From positions 8,806,001 to 8,870,000 of the forward strand of contig CM075996.1 of the NCBI GenBank assembly GCA_038087875.1: a DNA stretch of 64,000 nt. Direction: 5' to 3'. The translations under genes and the position numbers were made by a program. This document shows, one piece after another, positions 13,005-25,831 of the stretch. Position 1 is the stretch's first letter; the number at the start of each line of letters is the position of its first letter. The stretch comes from Malacoraja senta. Its lineage: Eukaryota. Below the pieces are notes generated by a model that was given only the letters and a program-made list of their open reading frames with translations, had not been told where the DNA came from and searched no databases.

Positions 13005-15885
13005 ATAACCATATAACCATATAACAATTACAGCACGGAAACAGGCCATCTCGACCCTTCTAGTCCGTGCCGAACACGTATTCTCCCCTAGTCCCATATA
13101 CCTGCGCTCAGACCATAACCCTCCATTCCTTTCCCGTCCATATAACTATCCAATTTATTTTTAAATGATAAAAACGAACCTGCCTCCACCACCTTCACTG
13201 GAAGCTCATTCCACACAGCCACCACTCTCCGAGTAAAGAAGTTCCCCCTCATGTTACCCCTAAACTTCTGTCCCTTAATTCTCAAGTCATGTCCCCTTGT
13301 TTGAATCTTCCCTACTCTCAGTGGGAAAAGCTTATCCACGTCAACTCTGTCTATCCCTCTCATCATTTTAAAGACCTCTATCAAGTCCCCCCTTAACCTT
13401 CTGCGCTCCAAAGAATAAAGCCCTGACTTGTTCAACCTTTCTCTGTAACTTAGTTGCTGAAACCCAGGCAACATTCTAGTAAATCTCCTCTGTACTCTCT
13501 CTATTTTGTTGACATCCTTCCTATAATTAGGCGACCAAAATTGTACACCATACTCCAGAATTGGCCTCACCAATGCCTTGTACAATTTTAACATTACATC
13601 CCAACTTCTATACTCAATGCTCTGATTTATAAAAGCCAGCACACCAAAAGCTTTCTTTACCACCCTATCTACATGAGATTCCACTTTCAGGGAACTGTGC
13701 ACAGTTATTCCAAGATCCCTCTGTTCACCTGCATTCTTCAATTCCCTACCATTTACCATGTACGTCCTATTTTGATTTGTCCTGCCAAGATGTAGCACCT
13801 CACACTTATCAGCATTAAACTCCATCTGCCATCTTTCAGCCCACTCTTCCAACCGGCATAAATCTCTCTGTAGACTTTGAAAATCTACTTCATTATCCAC
13901 AGCCCCACCTATCTTAGTATCATCTGCATACTTACTAATCCAATTTACCACACCATCATCCAGATCATTGATGTACATGACAAACAACAGTGGACCCAAC
14001 ACAGATCCCTGTGGCACCCCACTAGTCACTGGCCTCCAACCTGACAAACAACCATCCACCATTACTCTCTGGCATCTCCCATTCAGCCACTGTTGAATCC
14101 ATCTTGCTACTCCACCATTAATACCCAACCATTGAACCTTCTTAACCAACCTTCCGTGAGGAACCTTGTCAAAGGCCTTACTGAAGTCCATATATACAAC
14201 ATCCACGGCTTTACCCTCATCAATTTCCTGAGTAACCTCTTCAAAAAATTCAAGATTAGTCAAACATGACCTTCCAGGCACAAATCCATGTTGACTGTTC
14301 CTAATCAGCCCCTGTTTATCCAGATGCTTATATATATTATCTCTAAGTATCCTTTCCATTAATTTGCCCACCACTGACGTCAAACTAACAGGTCTATAAT
14401 TGCTAGGTTTACTCTTAGACCCCTTTTTAAACAATGGAACAACATGCGCAGTACGCCAATCCTCCGGCACTATTGCCGTTTCTAATGACATTTGAAATAT
14501 TTCTGTCATAGCCCCTGCTATTTCTACACTAACTTCCCTCAATGTCCTAGGGAATATCCTGTCCGGACCTGGAGACTTATCCACTTTTATATTTCTCACA
14601 AGTGTCAGTACTTCCTCTTCTTTGAATCTCATAGTTTCCATAGCTACTCTACTTGTTTCCCTTACCACACATAATTCAATATCCTTCTCCTTGGTGAATA
14701 CCGAAGGAAAGAAATTGTTCAATATCTCCCCCATCTCTTTTGGCTCTGCAGATAGCTGTCCACTCTGACTCTCTAATGGACCAATTTTATCCCTCGTTAT
14801 CCTTTTGCTATTAATATAGCTGTAGAAACCCTTTGGATTTACTTTCACCTTACTTGCCAAAGCAACCTCATATCTTCTTTTAGCTTTTCTAATTTCTTTC
14901 TTAAGACTCTTTTTACATTTTTTATACTCCTCAAGCACCTCATTTACTCCATGCTGCCTATAATTATTGTAGCTCTCTCTTTTTCCGAACTAAGTGTCCA
15001 ATTTCCCTTGAAAACCATGGCTCTTTCCAATTTTTACTATTTCCTTTCAACCGAACAGGGACATAAAGATTCTGTACTCTTAAAATTTCACCTTTAAATG
15101 GCCTCCATTTCTCTTCCACATCTTTCCCATAAAACAAACTGTCCCAATTTACTCCTTTTAAATCCTTTCGCATCTCCTCAAAGTTAGCCTTTCTCCAATC
15201 AAAAATCTCAACCCTAGGTCCAGTTCTGACCCTCTCCATAATTATATTGAAACTAATGGTATTGTGATCACTGGTCCCGAACTGTTCCCCAACGCATACC
15301 TCTGCCACCTGACCCGTCTCATTTCCTAACAGGAGGTCCAGCACCGCCCCTTCTCTAGTAGGTACTTCTATGTATTGCTGCAAAAAACTATCCTGCACAC
15401 ATTTTACAAACTCCAACCCATCCAGCCCATTTACAGAATGTGTTTCCCAGTCTATGTGTGGAAAATTGAAATCTCCCACAATCACTACCTTGTGCTTACT
15501 ACTAATATCTGCAATCTCCTTACATATTTGCTCTTCCAATTCTCGCTCCCCATTTGGCGGTCTATAATACACCCCTATGAGTGTTGCTACCCCTTTCCCA
15601 TTTCTCAGTTCCACCCAAATAGCCTCCCTAGAAGAGCCCTCTAATCTATCCTGCCAAAGCACTGCTGTAATATCTTCCCTGATAAGCAATGCAACACCTC
15701 CACCTCTTGCCCCTCCAATTCTATCACACCTGAAGCAACGAAATCCTGGAATATTTAGTTTCCAATCACAGCCCTCCTGCAACCATGTTTCACTGATCGC
15801 CACAACATCATACTTCCAGGTGTCAATCCAGGCTTTAAGTTCATCCACCTTTCTTACAATGCTCCTAGCATTAAAATATAATATA
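13005..15885 (-). mobile_element. 5'-truncated CR1 LINE (element B), nearly intact ORF2, inserted in ORF1 of element A
   Basis: LYFNARSI..ETWL..GDFN..SDH endonuclease, one frameshift near 14970, then a 616-aa RT ORF (KYADD) at 13088-14938. (atataacc)n tail at 13003-13025. atat is duplicated at 13001-13004 and 15886-15889. Confidence 0.93.
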
Positions 15886-16604
15886 ATATCTTGGACACGT
15901 TGTGACACATCATAGACCCTGGCACCAGGGAGGCAAACTACCATCTGCGTCTCCCGACTGCGTCCACAGAATCGCCTGTATGACCCCCTAACTATAGAGT
16001 CCCTTATTAGTATTGCCCTCCTCTTCTTTTCCTTACCCTTCTGAGCAACAGGACCGGTCTCTGTAACGGAGGCCCGGCCGCTGTCACTACCCCCAGGTAG
16101 GCTGTCCCCCCCAACAGTGCTCAAACAGGAGTACTTATTGTCAAGGTGTACAGCCACCGGGGTACTCTCTAGTCCCTGCCTGTGCCCCTTGCCTCTCCCA
16201 ACCGTGATCCACTTGCCTGCCTCCTGTGGTCTTGGAGTGACCACCTCCCTGTAACTCCTCTCAATGACTTCCTCGCTCTCCCTGACCAGACGGAGGTCAT
16301 CGAGCTGCTGCTCCAGGTTCCTAATACGGTCCCTTAGGAGCCCCATCTCGATATACCTGGCGCAGATGTGGACGTCTGGAGGGCTATCAGACTCCATGAC
16401 TTCCCACATCTGACATCCAGAACAGTAAACTGCCCTGGCCCTCATACTCCCCTTACCTAGGATACAATACAAAACAAACTGCTACAATACAATCAGCAGG
16501 GATCTGACTCCCAATCAGCTGCTCCCTCTTGTCTGCTTCCACCAATCAGCGGCTTCCTTAAGCCCACTTGTTTTTGAAGTGTTTTTGAAGTGCGAGTGGA
16601 AGCG

Positions 16605-16899
16605 CTCCAACGGCTCTCGGGCCTCTGTAAGGAACAAGCCCCGCGCTCCACTTTAATTACTACCGCTCGGGTGTAGCTCCTCCCTCTGCGACCGCTCCAA
16701 CGGCTCTCGGGCCTCTGTAAGGAACAAGCCCCGCGCTCCACTTTAACTACTACCGCTCGGGTGTAGCTCCTCCCTCTGCGACCTCTCCAACGGCTCTCGG
16801 GCCTCTGTAAGGAACAAGCCCCGCGCTCCACTTTAACTACTACCGCTCGGGTGTAGCTCCTCCCTCTGCGACCTCTCCAACGGCTCTCGGGCCTCTGTA
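16605..16899. repeat. 90-bp tandem repeat (~3.3 copies) forming the CR1 A 5' end
   Basis: The unit beginning ctccaacggctctcgggcctctgta recurs at 16605, 16695, 16785 and 16875. Confidence 0.95.
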
Positions 16900-17165
16900 C
16901 ACTGGAGACACTCCTGCTAAATGTTAACCTTCAGCATCAGCACATCCAAAACCAGAAAGTCCAGCCACCTTCTCTTGACTTGCTACAGCATCGCAAATGC
17001 CACAAGCCCCAAGCTACTGTATTTGACTGGAAATTATCTGGGACAATCACGTCACAGCGGTTATGAAAGAATAATGAGGCAGACAAACTAAAACTTTATC
17101 AGCACTTTGGTGGAACGAACGCCTTCCCTCTGCTTGGGTGTCTGTAGTTCCAGAAACACAAGTTA

Positions 17166-17729
17166 AGCCCCTGTCCCACTTTCACGACCTAATTGGCGAC
17201 CTCTGCCAAGTTTGCCCTTGACTCATACTCGCAGCATGGTCGCCACGAGGTCGTAGGAGGTCTTCGTAACTCCTCCTCATGCTCGTGAGTGGTCTCCGCG
17301 TACTCGTGGCCTCATGTAGGTCGCGGCGTTTTATCCGGCCTGATAAAAAATGTCCACGAGTTAAAAAAAGGTTGGCATGGAAAAAATGGATACTTTTTAC
17401 TCGTAGGTAGGTCGTAGTAGGTCGTGATGGTAGTCGTAGGTAGTCGTAGGTAATCGTAGGTCGGTAACTGGCCCGAGAAATAAAATGCAAACATGACATC
17501 ATTTTATCATGTGATCATTGTCCACTCGTAACTAGTCGTTGTTGGTCTTAGGTGTGGAAGACTGAGGTCGAGGGGGTTGCAGGAGGTCGTAGACATAGTC
17601 ATAGGAGGTCGTAGACATAGTCGTAGGAGGTCTTTTACTTCGGCGAGTCAACACGACCTTGACATTTTTTTCAACTCTTCTAAGGTCTTCTAAACTCGTG
17701 TATTTGGTCGTCCAAGTGGGACAGGCCCT
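17166..17729. mobile_element. PIF/Harbinger-type MITE
   Basis: TIRs agcccctgtcccactt / aagtgggacaggccct; TTA on both sides; internal (gtcgtag)-type repeats. Confidence 0.85.
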
Positions 17730-18086
17730 TTACAGAACATTAATCAAAAAATAAAAATTGTATGAAATGGAAAGCGTCACATACACTCAACACGTCACTC
17801 ATAAATAAATATTGTCATCATCTCTGGCGTTTATCCAACCATCTTCCAATAAAAATACTCCCTCCCCAGGTTTTCAGGGGGGGGAATTGGGACCACAGAT
17901 TAGCAAACTCAAACTGTTAGAATGTTGATCTTTTTATTGCCTTTGAGCTCCCCAGGGCGGCACAAAATTCAGTATGCATCGGTTACCTGCTGCAAGCAGC
18001 CTATCAAACCGTTCACCACAAGCTCCTGAACCGTAAGGATCAAAATAGATTACCCATAGACAGGGCTGCCACAAAGGAAAGACATA

Positions 18087-18101
18087 GGCGCCACCGAGTG
18101 G
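18087..18101 (-). promoter_or_regulatory. Candidate CTCF site (one mismatch)
   Basis: Minus strand reads CCACTCGGTGGCGCC. Confidence 0.35.
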
Positions 18102-18632
18102 TCCGTCTGCAAGTACCCTTACGAAAGCTTACGCTTTGCTTAGAGTCCTAGACCTAGCCTCCTGTCACGAGTACCCCCACCCCCTACACCCCCTTACCCC
18201 TCGGTGAAGCGACGCCGCTGCACCCCTGCCGGGCCCCCACTCTCGCAGATGACGTGTGACTCGTACTTCAATGCTTGCAGTTCTGAGCAGTCTTCAATGA
18301 TCCGCGCTACTGAGAGGTCACACCGGGTTTTCTCTCCGTTAGCTCCTGTGTTTTTTGCCACTTTTTGTGAGTATTTTGTTGGTTTCGCACTCACATTGGT
18401 GACTGTGCTTCTCTAGTTTTTGTGGTGTTAACGTGGACCATAATCTCCCATATTTGTGCATTTTACACATATTTTTTTTTGTGCGTCACTGGCATTATTT
18501 ACTTCTTAATGCCAGCCATGTTGCTGATTAAATAAAAAATGAAGATAAATATTTCACTTTTTTATCTCGTGAAAATATCCATTTATAGTTTTGACTTTTT
18601 CTTGTTTTTATTTACAGAATTTGGAGCCCATC

Positions 18633-21600
18633 ATGAGTGTCAAAAAAAGAGAGTACGATCATTCATATATTGAATATGGATTCACATCCATCATCATCAA
18701 TGGAGAAGAAAGGCCTCAATGTGTTATTTGTAGTAAAGCTTTGACAAATGATTCTATGAAACCAACAAAGTTGAAGCAACATTTGCAGAATGTTCATCCT
18801 CAACACAAGGACAAGGACAAAAACTTTTTTGAACGTCATGGGAATGCTCTCAAAAAGATGAAGCTGGATTCAACAGGGGCATTCAAAGAAACAAACCAAA
18901 AGGTTACTGAAGCTTCTTATGTCGTAGCACTGGAGATAGCAAAGCAGAAAAAAACACATACAATTCAAATTGTGAATTTTGTCAAAGGAGGAGCTCTCAA
19001 CTCATGACTTTTCAAGCAGTTATGTACCGACATGGATGCAGCCCATCATTTGCTTCTTTTCCACACAAATGTTCGATGGTTGAAAAAGCATTTGATCAAG
19101 TAGAATGGAATTATATGGACAAAGTATTACAAAAATTTCAACTGGGGGAGAATTTTATTCTATGGATCAAGTTACTATATAACAAACCTACAGCTAGAAT
19201 ACTAACTAATAACATATTATCCTCGAAATTCCAACTATCAAGGGGAAATAGACAAGGATGCTCATTATCACCACAACTGTTTGCTCTCATTATTGAACCG
19301 CTAGCAGAAAAAATTAGAATACACCCTGATATCCATGGATATAATACTAAAGATTCATATAATAAAATATCTTTATACGCGGATGATATATTACTGTACA
19401 TTACAAAACCTCAAATCACTATACCAAATATATTAAATTTAATTGAAGATTTTGGATCTTTTTCTGGATATAGAATAAATTGGAATAAAAGTGAAATTAT
19501 GTCAATAAAACCGAAAGATTCATCACATCTTTTAAAATTCCCTTTTAAAATAGCTACAGAAAAATTTAAATATTTGGGAATCGAAATTACCAGATCATAT
19601 CAAGGTATGTTTAGGGCAAATTTTGACCCCTTACTTAATAAATTAAACACACTAATTAAATTCTGGAAAACGCTCCCGATGTCTTTAATAGGCCGAATAA
19701 ACGCAATAAAAATGATCTTTTTACCACAAATTTTATACCTATTTCAATCAATTCCTATATACTTACCAAAGAAGTTTTTTTAAAAACTCGACTCAGATAT
19801 CACTAATTTTATATGGGACTATAAATCACATAGAATACAAAAAACTCATCTGAATAAACCTAAAGTATTAGGGGGTTTAGCACTACCTAATTTTATGTAT
19901 TATTATTGGTCAGTAAATATTAAAAATATGATTCAACTGATGGATAACTCCGCCCAGCAAGCGGACTGGATTGTAATGGAGAAAGAGGATTGCTCCTCTA
20001 GAAACATTGGAGCGATCCTCCTCTCTCCAATGAAATTGAATAACATAAATTATAATAAGAACCCAATTATCCATAGTACAATCCGAATTTGGAAACAAAT
20101 AAAACAAAATTTAAAATTAAGAAATTTATCACTTTTATTACCTATAGTCAATAACCCTTCGTTTAATCCTTCTATTATAGATAAAGCTTATACACAATGG
20201 GATAGATTAGGAATTAAAACGCTTGGTGACTTGTATGAAACTGGAAAATTACTTTCATTTCAACAATTACAAATAAAATATAAACTCGGAAATAATCAAT
20301 ATTTTAAATATTTTCAAATATGCGACTATTTGAAAAAATATACAAAAGATCATCATAATAACCCAGCAGATGTACTGGACGAGGCAATGCAGATAAAAGC
20401 GGAATCAGCAAACTTAATATCATATTTGTATAATATTATCTTAAATGCACAAATACCATCTACGGAGGGTATCAGAAGAGACTGGGAACAAGAGTTAGCT
20501 ATTAAAATTTCAAAGGAAAGTTGGAATGAATACTTATTAAACGTGCATAAATGCTCGATTAATGTAAGACACACTTTAATACAATTTAAAATTTTACATA
20601 GATTATATTATTCGAAAACTAAAATTCATAAAATTTTCCCAAATGTATCATCTATTTGTGATAAATGTCAATCCCAAGAAGCTACTATAACGCACTCATT
20701 CGTTTCTTGTACAAAAATCCAAAAATTTTGGAATGAAATTTTTGAAATCTTTACAAAGTTATTTAAAACAAGACTGATACCCAAAGCAGAATGGATTATC
20801 TTCGGTATAACGGAAGATGGTCCAGAACTAAATGTGTTTCAAAAGAAACTAATGGACTATGGGTTAATAACTGGAAAAAAGCTAATTCTAAAATTTTGGA
20901 AGAAGGCTCCAATACCAACTATAAATATGTGGATTTCAAATATGTTTGAAACATTACACCTAGAAGAGATAAGACTCCTCCTAGCAGGTAAACCAGATCA
21001 TTTCCACCTGACGTGGTCTGCATTTATAGAATTATTACAAACATAAGGTGCAAAAGTACTTAAAAAAAAAAAATTGAGGTCAGGTAAGGGGGGATGATAG
21101 TTGAAGAGTTGGTATGTCCAATTTGCGTAATGCTCATAAAAATATTTGTTTCTCTCTTTTTCCTCTTTCTCTCTTTCTTTTTTTCCTAGGGTCTATTTCT
21201 TAACTCTTTTTCTTTTGTTTTTAATTTTGCTCTTATAGGGTCTTTGTCCTTTTTTGTTGTCACATTTCCTACACTTCCACTTTTTCCTTCACTTTCTTCT
21301 TTCTTTCAATCTTTTCCTTTTCTAGTGTAAAAAATAAATGGAGTACATTAATTGTAAGAAGATATAAATGACAAGTACTAATGTATGTGGTTGTAATGTA
21401 ATGTACTTCTAATAAAATACAAATTAAAAAAAAAAAAAAAATGTTCGATGGCTGTCAAGAGGAAATGTAACTGAGCGAATATTTGAGCTTAGAGATGAGC
21501 TCAAATTATTTTTTGAAGTTTAGGGTAAGATGGAATTTTTTGCCTGGCTGGATGATGAGGAATGGATCATGCGCCTTGCCTATTTGGTTGATATTTTTGA

Positions 21601-22207
21601 GCAGCTGAATAAACTGAATCTTCAGATGCAAGGAAGGAATACAAACATCATAAAATTCATGGATGCCTTGAAAGCTTTCATGAGCAAGCTGGAAAATTGG
21701 AAGAGAAAGGTCAATATAAAAAATGTTGCAATGTTTGAGAAAATGTCATCCGTTCTTGTTGTTGGTGGTGAAGACAAGGTGCTTCCACAACTGACAACAC
21801 TGGAAAATGAATTCAGCCGATATTTTCCTGAACTCAGTGATGATGAGTTGGATTTAGTGCGAAATCCATTCAAATTGTCAGTTGAAAAAGTTCCTGATGA
21901 TTGTCAAGATGAATTTCTGGAGCTGAAAACTGATTCGGGAGCAAGAGATATGTTCGATGAGAAATCAATCACAGAATTTTGGCCCTTGATGTGCGATTCC
22001 TACCCAAAAGTGGCAGAAAGAGCTATCCGTGCATTGCTTCCGTTTGTGTCGACATATCTTTGTGAGTCAGGCTTTTCAACTCTGTTGCAAATTAAAACGA
22101 AGCAACGTAGTAGATTAGAGGTAGAAAATGACCTGCGTTGTGCCCTTTCAAGCACTCCGCGTATCCCAGAATTGGCGAAGAAAAAACAATCACAGGTTTC
22201 TCATTGA
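18633..22207 (+). pseudogene. Disrupted Buster/ZBED5-ZBED8-like transposase
   Basis: BED finger (YGF..PQCVIC..LKQHLQNVH) from 18633. Jumps from KKTHTI to QIVNFVK. NVRW|LSRG is split by an insertion. C-terminal LAYLVDIF..FVSTYLCESGFS..SQVSH. In-frame stops present. Confidence 0.9.
19080..21440 (+). mobile_element. 5'-truncated L1/Tx1-type LINE with poly(A) tail and 13-bp TSD
   Basis: EKAFDQVEW, RQGCSLSP, LYADD and a C-terminal CDKC..H..C motif; frameshift near 19780; aataaa at 21411-21416 and A-tail; aaatgttcgatgg at 19067-19079 and 21439-21451. Confidence 0.95.
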
Positions 22208-23489
22208 CTGTAATCTTCATCTGAATAAAATTAATTACAAATTTACAATATCCTGGTATTCTATAGAACTTTTTGTTTATTGCATTATGCTTCAGTTTGG
22301 TCTGTTAAGTAATTCATTATAAATATTAAAAAAACTATTTTACTTTTATTCAAGTTTTATAAATCCATCAACATTTTCAATTGGCATTTAATTTGTAAAA
22401 CTCCACTATAAAAATAATCCATGTAAAATTGTAAATGTATATGTACTAATATGGAAAAAATAAAGGATTTTCAGTATTATATGCATATTATTTGGAATGC
22501 ACTTTTTGAGGCAGACAATCTTAGAAAGGAAGGGGGGAATGACATTCTGACATATGGTGAAAGGGGTGCATGGGGCAAACAAGGTTGAGAACCACTGGGT
22601 TACACAATACTTTAGTGTGAGTATCTGTGGGAAGGCATTTTTCACAAAGTTTGCAGAAGCACCAGTTTCATCACGTCAAGAACAAGTAGGAAGGGCCTCT
22701 AAATTTCAGATATCAAACTCTTGTCTTTCCTGTGTCAGGAGGCACACGAGATTGTAGGTGCTTGAATCAAGAGTTACAATCTGTTGGAGGAACTCAGCAG
22801 GTTGGGCAACCTCTGTGGGGGCAGAAATGAAGAGTCCTAATTTGGTCTAAATCATTTCATAAGTTATAGGAGCAGAATTAGGCCATTCAGCCCCTCAAGT
22901 TTACTCTGCCATTCAATCATCTTTCCCTCTCAAACCCATTTGACTTGGGGAGAAGGCTGGTTTGTGCGATGGATGCATCATTCTCCCCATCACCCATCAC
23001 ACCCTTGTGCATCAGGACAATGTGTGGAGAGGGGAGTAGCTAGTGTGTAGAAGAGAGGGAGAGTGGTGAGACAGGAGCCAGATGTGATGGGTGGATGGAG
23101 GACAGGTGAAGAACAGGCAAATGGAATCAGGTAGTGGAACGCAAGGGACGGAGATGGCAGATAAAGCAGTTGGATGATAGATAGAGCAGGCAGGCTGAGG
23201 AAAAGAGGCAGAAACCGAATGAGGGAAGTGGTTGAAGGTGGAGAAGCTTGGAGGATGAAAAACAGGAACTCAAACGCCACCACCTCTAGCATCAGATAAG
23301 GAAGGGATAATGCAAACTATTGTAGAGAAAGTGAAGGCAGATGGGATCAGAACATCATGTAGGGGGGAATAAGCCTGTGGGTGAAATGTGTGCACAGCAG
23401 GTGGATCGAATGGAAAAATCTGAAGGTGAGTGGTTGGGGGAGGAAGATACACACTGGAAGGGAGGCTTTAGACTTTACCTTCGAGAGAT

Positions 23490-23782
23490 AGCGCAATATA
23501 GCTAAAAAACGGGCTTCAGCCCGCCGAATCCCCGTTGACCAGAGATCACCCGGTACCCCAACACTATCCAACACACCAGGGACAATTTTACAACTTATTA
23601 ACGCCAATTAACCTATAAATCTATACATCTTTGGAATATGGGAGAAATCGGAGAACCTGCAGAAAACCCATGCAGAGAAGTTCATAGGAGAACGTGCAAA
23701 CTCCATACAGACAGCACCCGTTGTCAAGATCGAACTTGGGTCACTGGTGTGGTAAGGGAGCAACTCTACCACTGCGCCACCC
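23490..23782 (-). mobile_element. V-SINE/HE1-type SINE (diverged)
   Basis: Reverse complement has a tRNA-like head (ggtggcgcagtggtagagttg..gttcgatc) and the ggttaattggc core. Confidence 0.75.
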
Positions 23783-25096
23783 TAAACGTTACCCAAAATT
23801 GGAAAATGTAATGTTCTTAGCATTGGATTGCAGACCACTAGGGTGAAATACAAGGTGTTGGTCCTAGATAGTGTGTAAGGTTATCCTCCTGTAATATTAA
23901 CCATTACTTCCTCTATCAACAGATGCGAGCCAACCTGATAGACTTTCAATAGAGATTTAAAGGACTGGAAGGATTGTAATAGATTTAAGGATTTGTGAAA
24001 TGCCAAATCCATAATACATCCATCCCACAAACCAGCCTCCTCCCACAATCGACTCCACTTCGCACTGTTTCAGGAAAGCAGCCAACACAATCAAAGACCA
24101 CTCACACTCCATCTCCCTTCCCCTCAGGCATAAAGCACAAAAATGTGAAAGCACCTACCACCACATTCAGGAACTGTTTCTGTCCCGCTGTTACGTTCCC
24201 AATCTCCTTTGTTGTAACCCCTGCGCTTTTTTTTAATCTGCACTGTCCCTGTAGCTGTAACATTATATTTTGCACTATTTATTTTCTCTTTTGCACAACC
24301 TGTTGTATTCGTGTACGATACAATTTCACTCACTTGCAGTACCGTATGCCCTTCCTGGTTAGCATACATCGTTTCTCACTGTATTTCCATACACGTGACC
24401 ATAAGAAATCAATACCAGATCAGCTGGTGTTTAAGAAGGAACTGCAGATGCTGGAAAATCGAAGGTAGACAAAAGTGCTGGAGAAACTCAGCAGGTGAGG
24501 TTTCGCCCGCTGAGTTTCTCCAGAACTTTTGTCTACCAGATCTGCTGATGTTGAGATTTCTATTTTGTATCATTTCGCTTTGCCCTGCCTCATATTCCAA
24601 CATTTCTTTAAACATCTCCAGCTACCCTCAGTCCTGTATTAACTAGTCTGCAAAAACAGTCACCTTGATGGCTTTGAGCCCCACCCTATCACAGACATTC
24701 CCTTTATTCTCTTTGCTGCCTCCCCAATCCCCACAACTTCAAGCACACCTGATTATGTACACCTCCAGCTCCGATGATTCATTGGCCTGGAATATTAACT
24801 GCTTTTTTTCTCTCTTTCCATGGAACTCTTCCCAAGCCGCTAAGCCCTCCAGCATTTTGTTTCTATTTCACAACAACACAGTTCAGTTGATTGGCACAAC
24901 ATTCATTACCCTTTTATTCACCCTTTTCCACAGTACACTGTAGATGCAGTGTGCAGGACGGTGGCTACGTAGGAATGCCTTCATCACAAGGGCTGCAGTA
25001 ACTCGAGGCTGAAGATCACTATCATCTTCTCAAGAGTAATTAGGGATAGGCACTAATTGTTGTCATAAGCCCTAAATTACTTTTCTAAATGTATAA

Positions 25097-25417
25097 AGGC
25101 CCTGTCCCACTTTCCCGAGTTACTCACGAACTCTCCCGAGATTTCCCCATGATTCGAACTCGGGGAATTACGGTAACAGCCGTTCGTAGGTACTCGGGGC
25201 TATTTTTTAAAACTCTTGGACATTTTTCAACATGTTGAAACAAACGTCCCGACTTACCTGATGCCCCGAGTTCCTACGGCTGGCATTACGAGCCGCTACG
25301 AAACATCTACGGACTCCTACGGCCTCCTATGAGCTCGCTACCGACATTACCCGAGTTCGAATTAAGGGGAAAACTCGGGAGAGTTCGTGAGTAACTCGGG
25401 AAAGTGGGACAGGGCCA
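25097..25417. mobile_element. PIF/Harbinger-type MITE
   Basis: Long TIRs ggccctgtcccactttcccgagttactcacgaactctcccgag and its reverse complement; TAA TSD. Confidence 0.9.
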
Positions 25418-25501
25418 TAAGTCAAGTCAAGAGTCAAGAGAATTTATTGTCAGATAGGACAATGAAATTCTTGCTTGCTGCAGCATAACAGAATATAGTA
25501 A

Positions 25502-25831
25502 TGGCCCTGTCCCACGGTACGAGTTCATTCCAAGAGCTCTCCCGAGTTTACCCTGATTCGAACTCAGAGATTTACGGTAATGGCCGCTTGTCGGTACTCA
25601 GGGCTCTCGTGGACATTTTTCAACATGTTGAAAAATCTTCACGAGTCTTCCCGAGCTTACCTGCCATTAGCGAGTCTTCCCGAGTACTTGTCGCTAGCGT
25701 TATGAGCCGCTAAGAGACGGCCCGAGCTCCGACGTGCCCGCTACGTTCATTCTCCGTGCTTATCAGGAGTTTGATTTTTTTTTTAACTCGGGAGAGCTCT
25801 TGGAATGAACTCGTACCGTGGGACAGGGCCA
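25502..25831. mobile_element. PIF/Harbinger-type MITE
   Basis: TIRs tggccctgtcccacggtacgagttcattccaagagctctcccgagtt and its reverse complement; TAA TSD. Confidence 0.9.

Larger units (their letters stand above)
9471..16899 (-). mobile_element. Near full-length CR1 LINE (element A): 5' tandem repeats, ORF1 (Zn-finger-like/coiled-coil/SGNH esterase), frameshifted ORF2 (APE endonuclease + RT); interrupted by CR1 B
   Basis: ORF1 = 16445-15886 joined to 13000-12625 (CSGC..HICARY, RDS, HIGTND, DGLH). ORF2 pieces at 11636-12330, 11451-11726, 10096-11346 (KFADD) and 9613-10095. (acatagat)n tail at ~9471-9490. Confidence 0.93.
18160..22597 (+). mobile_element. hAT (Buster/Charlie) DNA transposon, internally deleted and interrupted by an L1-type LINE
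   Basis: Transposase remnants below. Right TIR ggttgagaaccactg ends at 22597, followed by ggttacac (NNNTANNN target). Left TIR not found, so the start is approximate. Confidence 0.85.

Noticed and set aside
16605..16899. CRISPR-like array (also considered for 3843-5018 and 42045-43285)
   Set aside because: No unique spacers of constant length, no cas genes, and a vertebrate context.
18061..18075. cagggctgccac as the left TIR of the Buster element
   Set aside because: It does not match the right TIR (cagtggttctcaac) and is not preceded by ggttacac.
18633..22207. Domesticated ZBED5/ZBED8/SCAND3-type gene
   Set aside because: Stops, catalytic-core deletion, LINE insertion and a retained TIR indicate a dead transposon.
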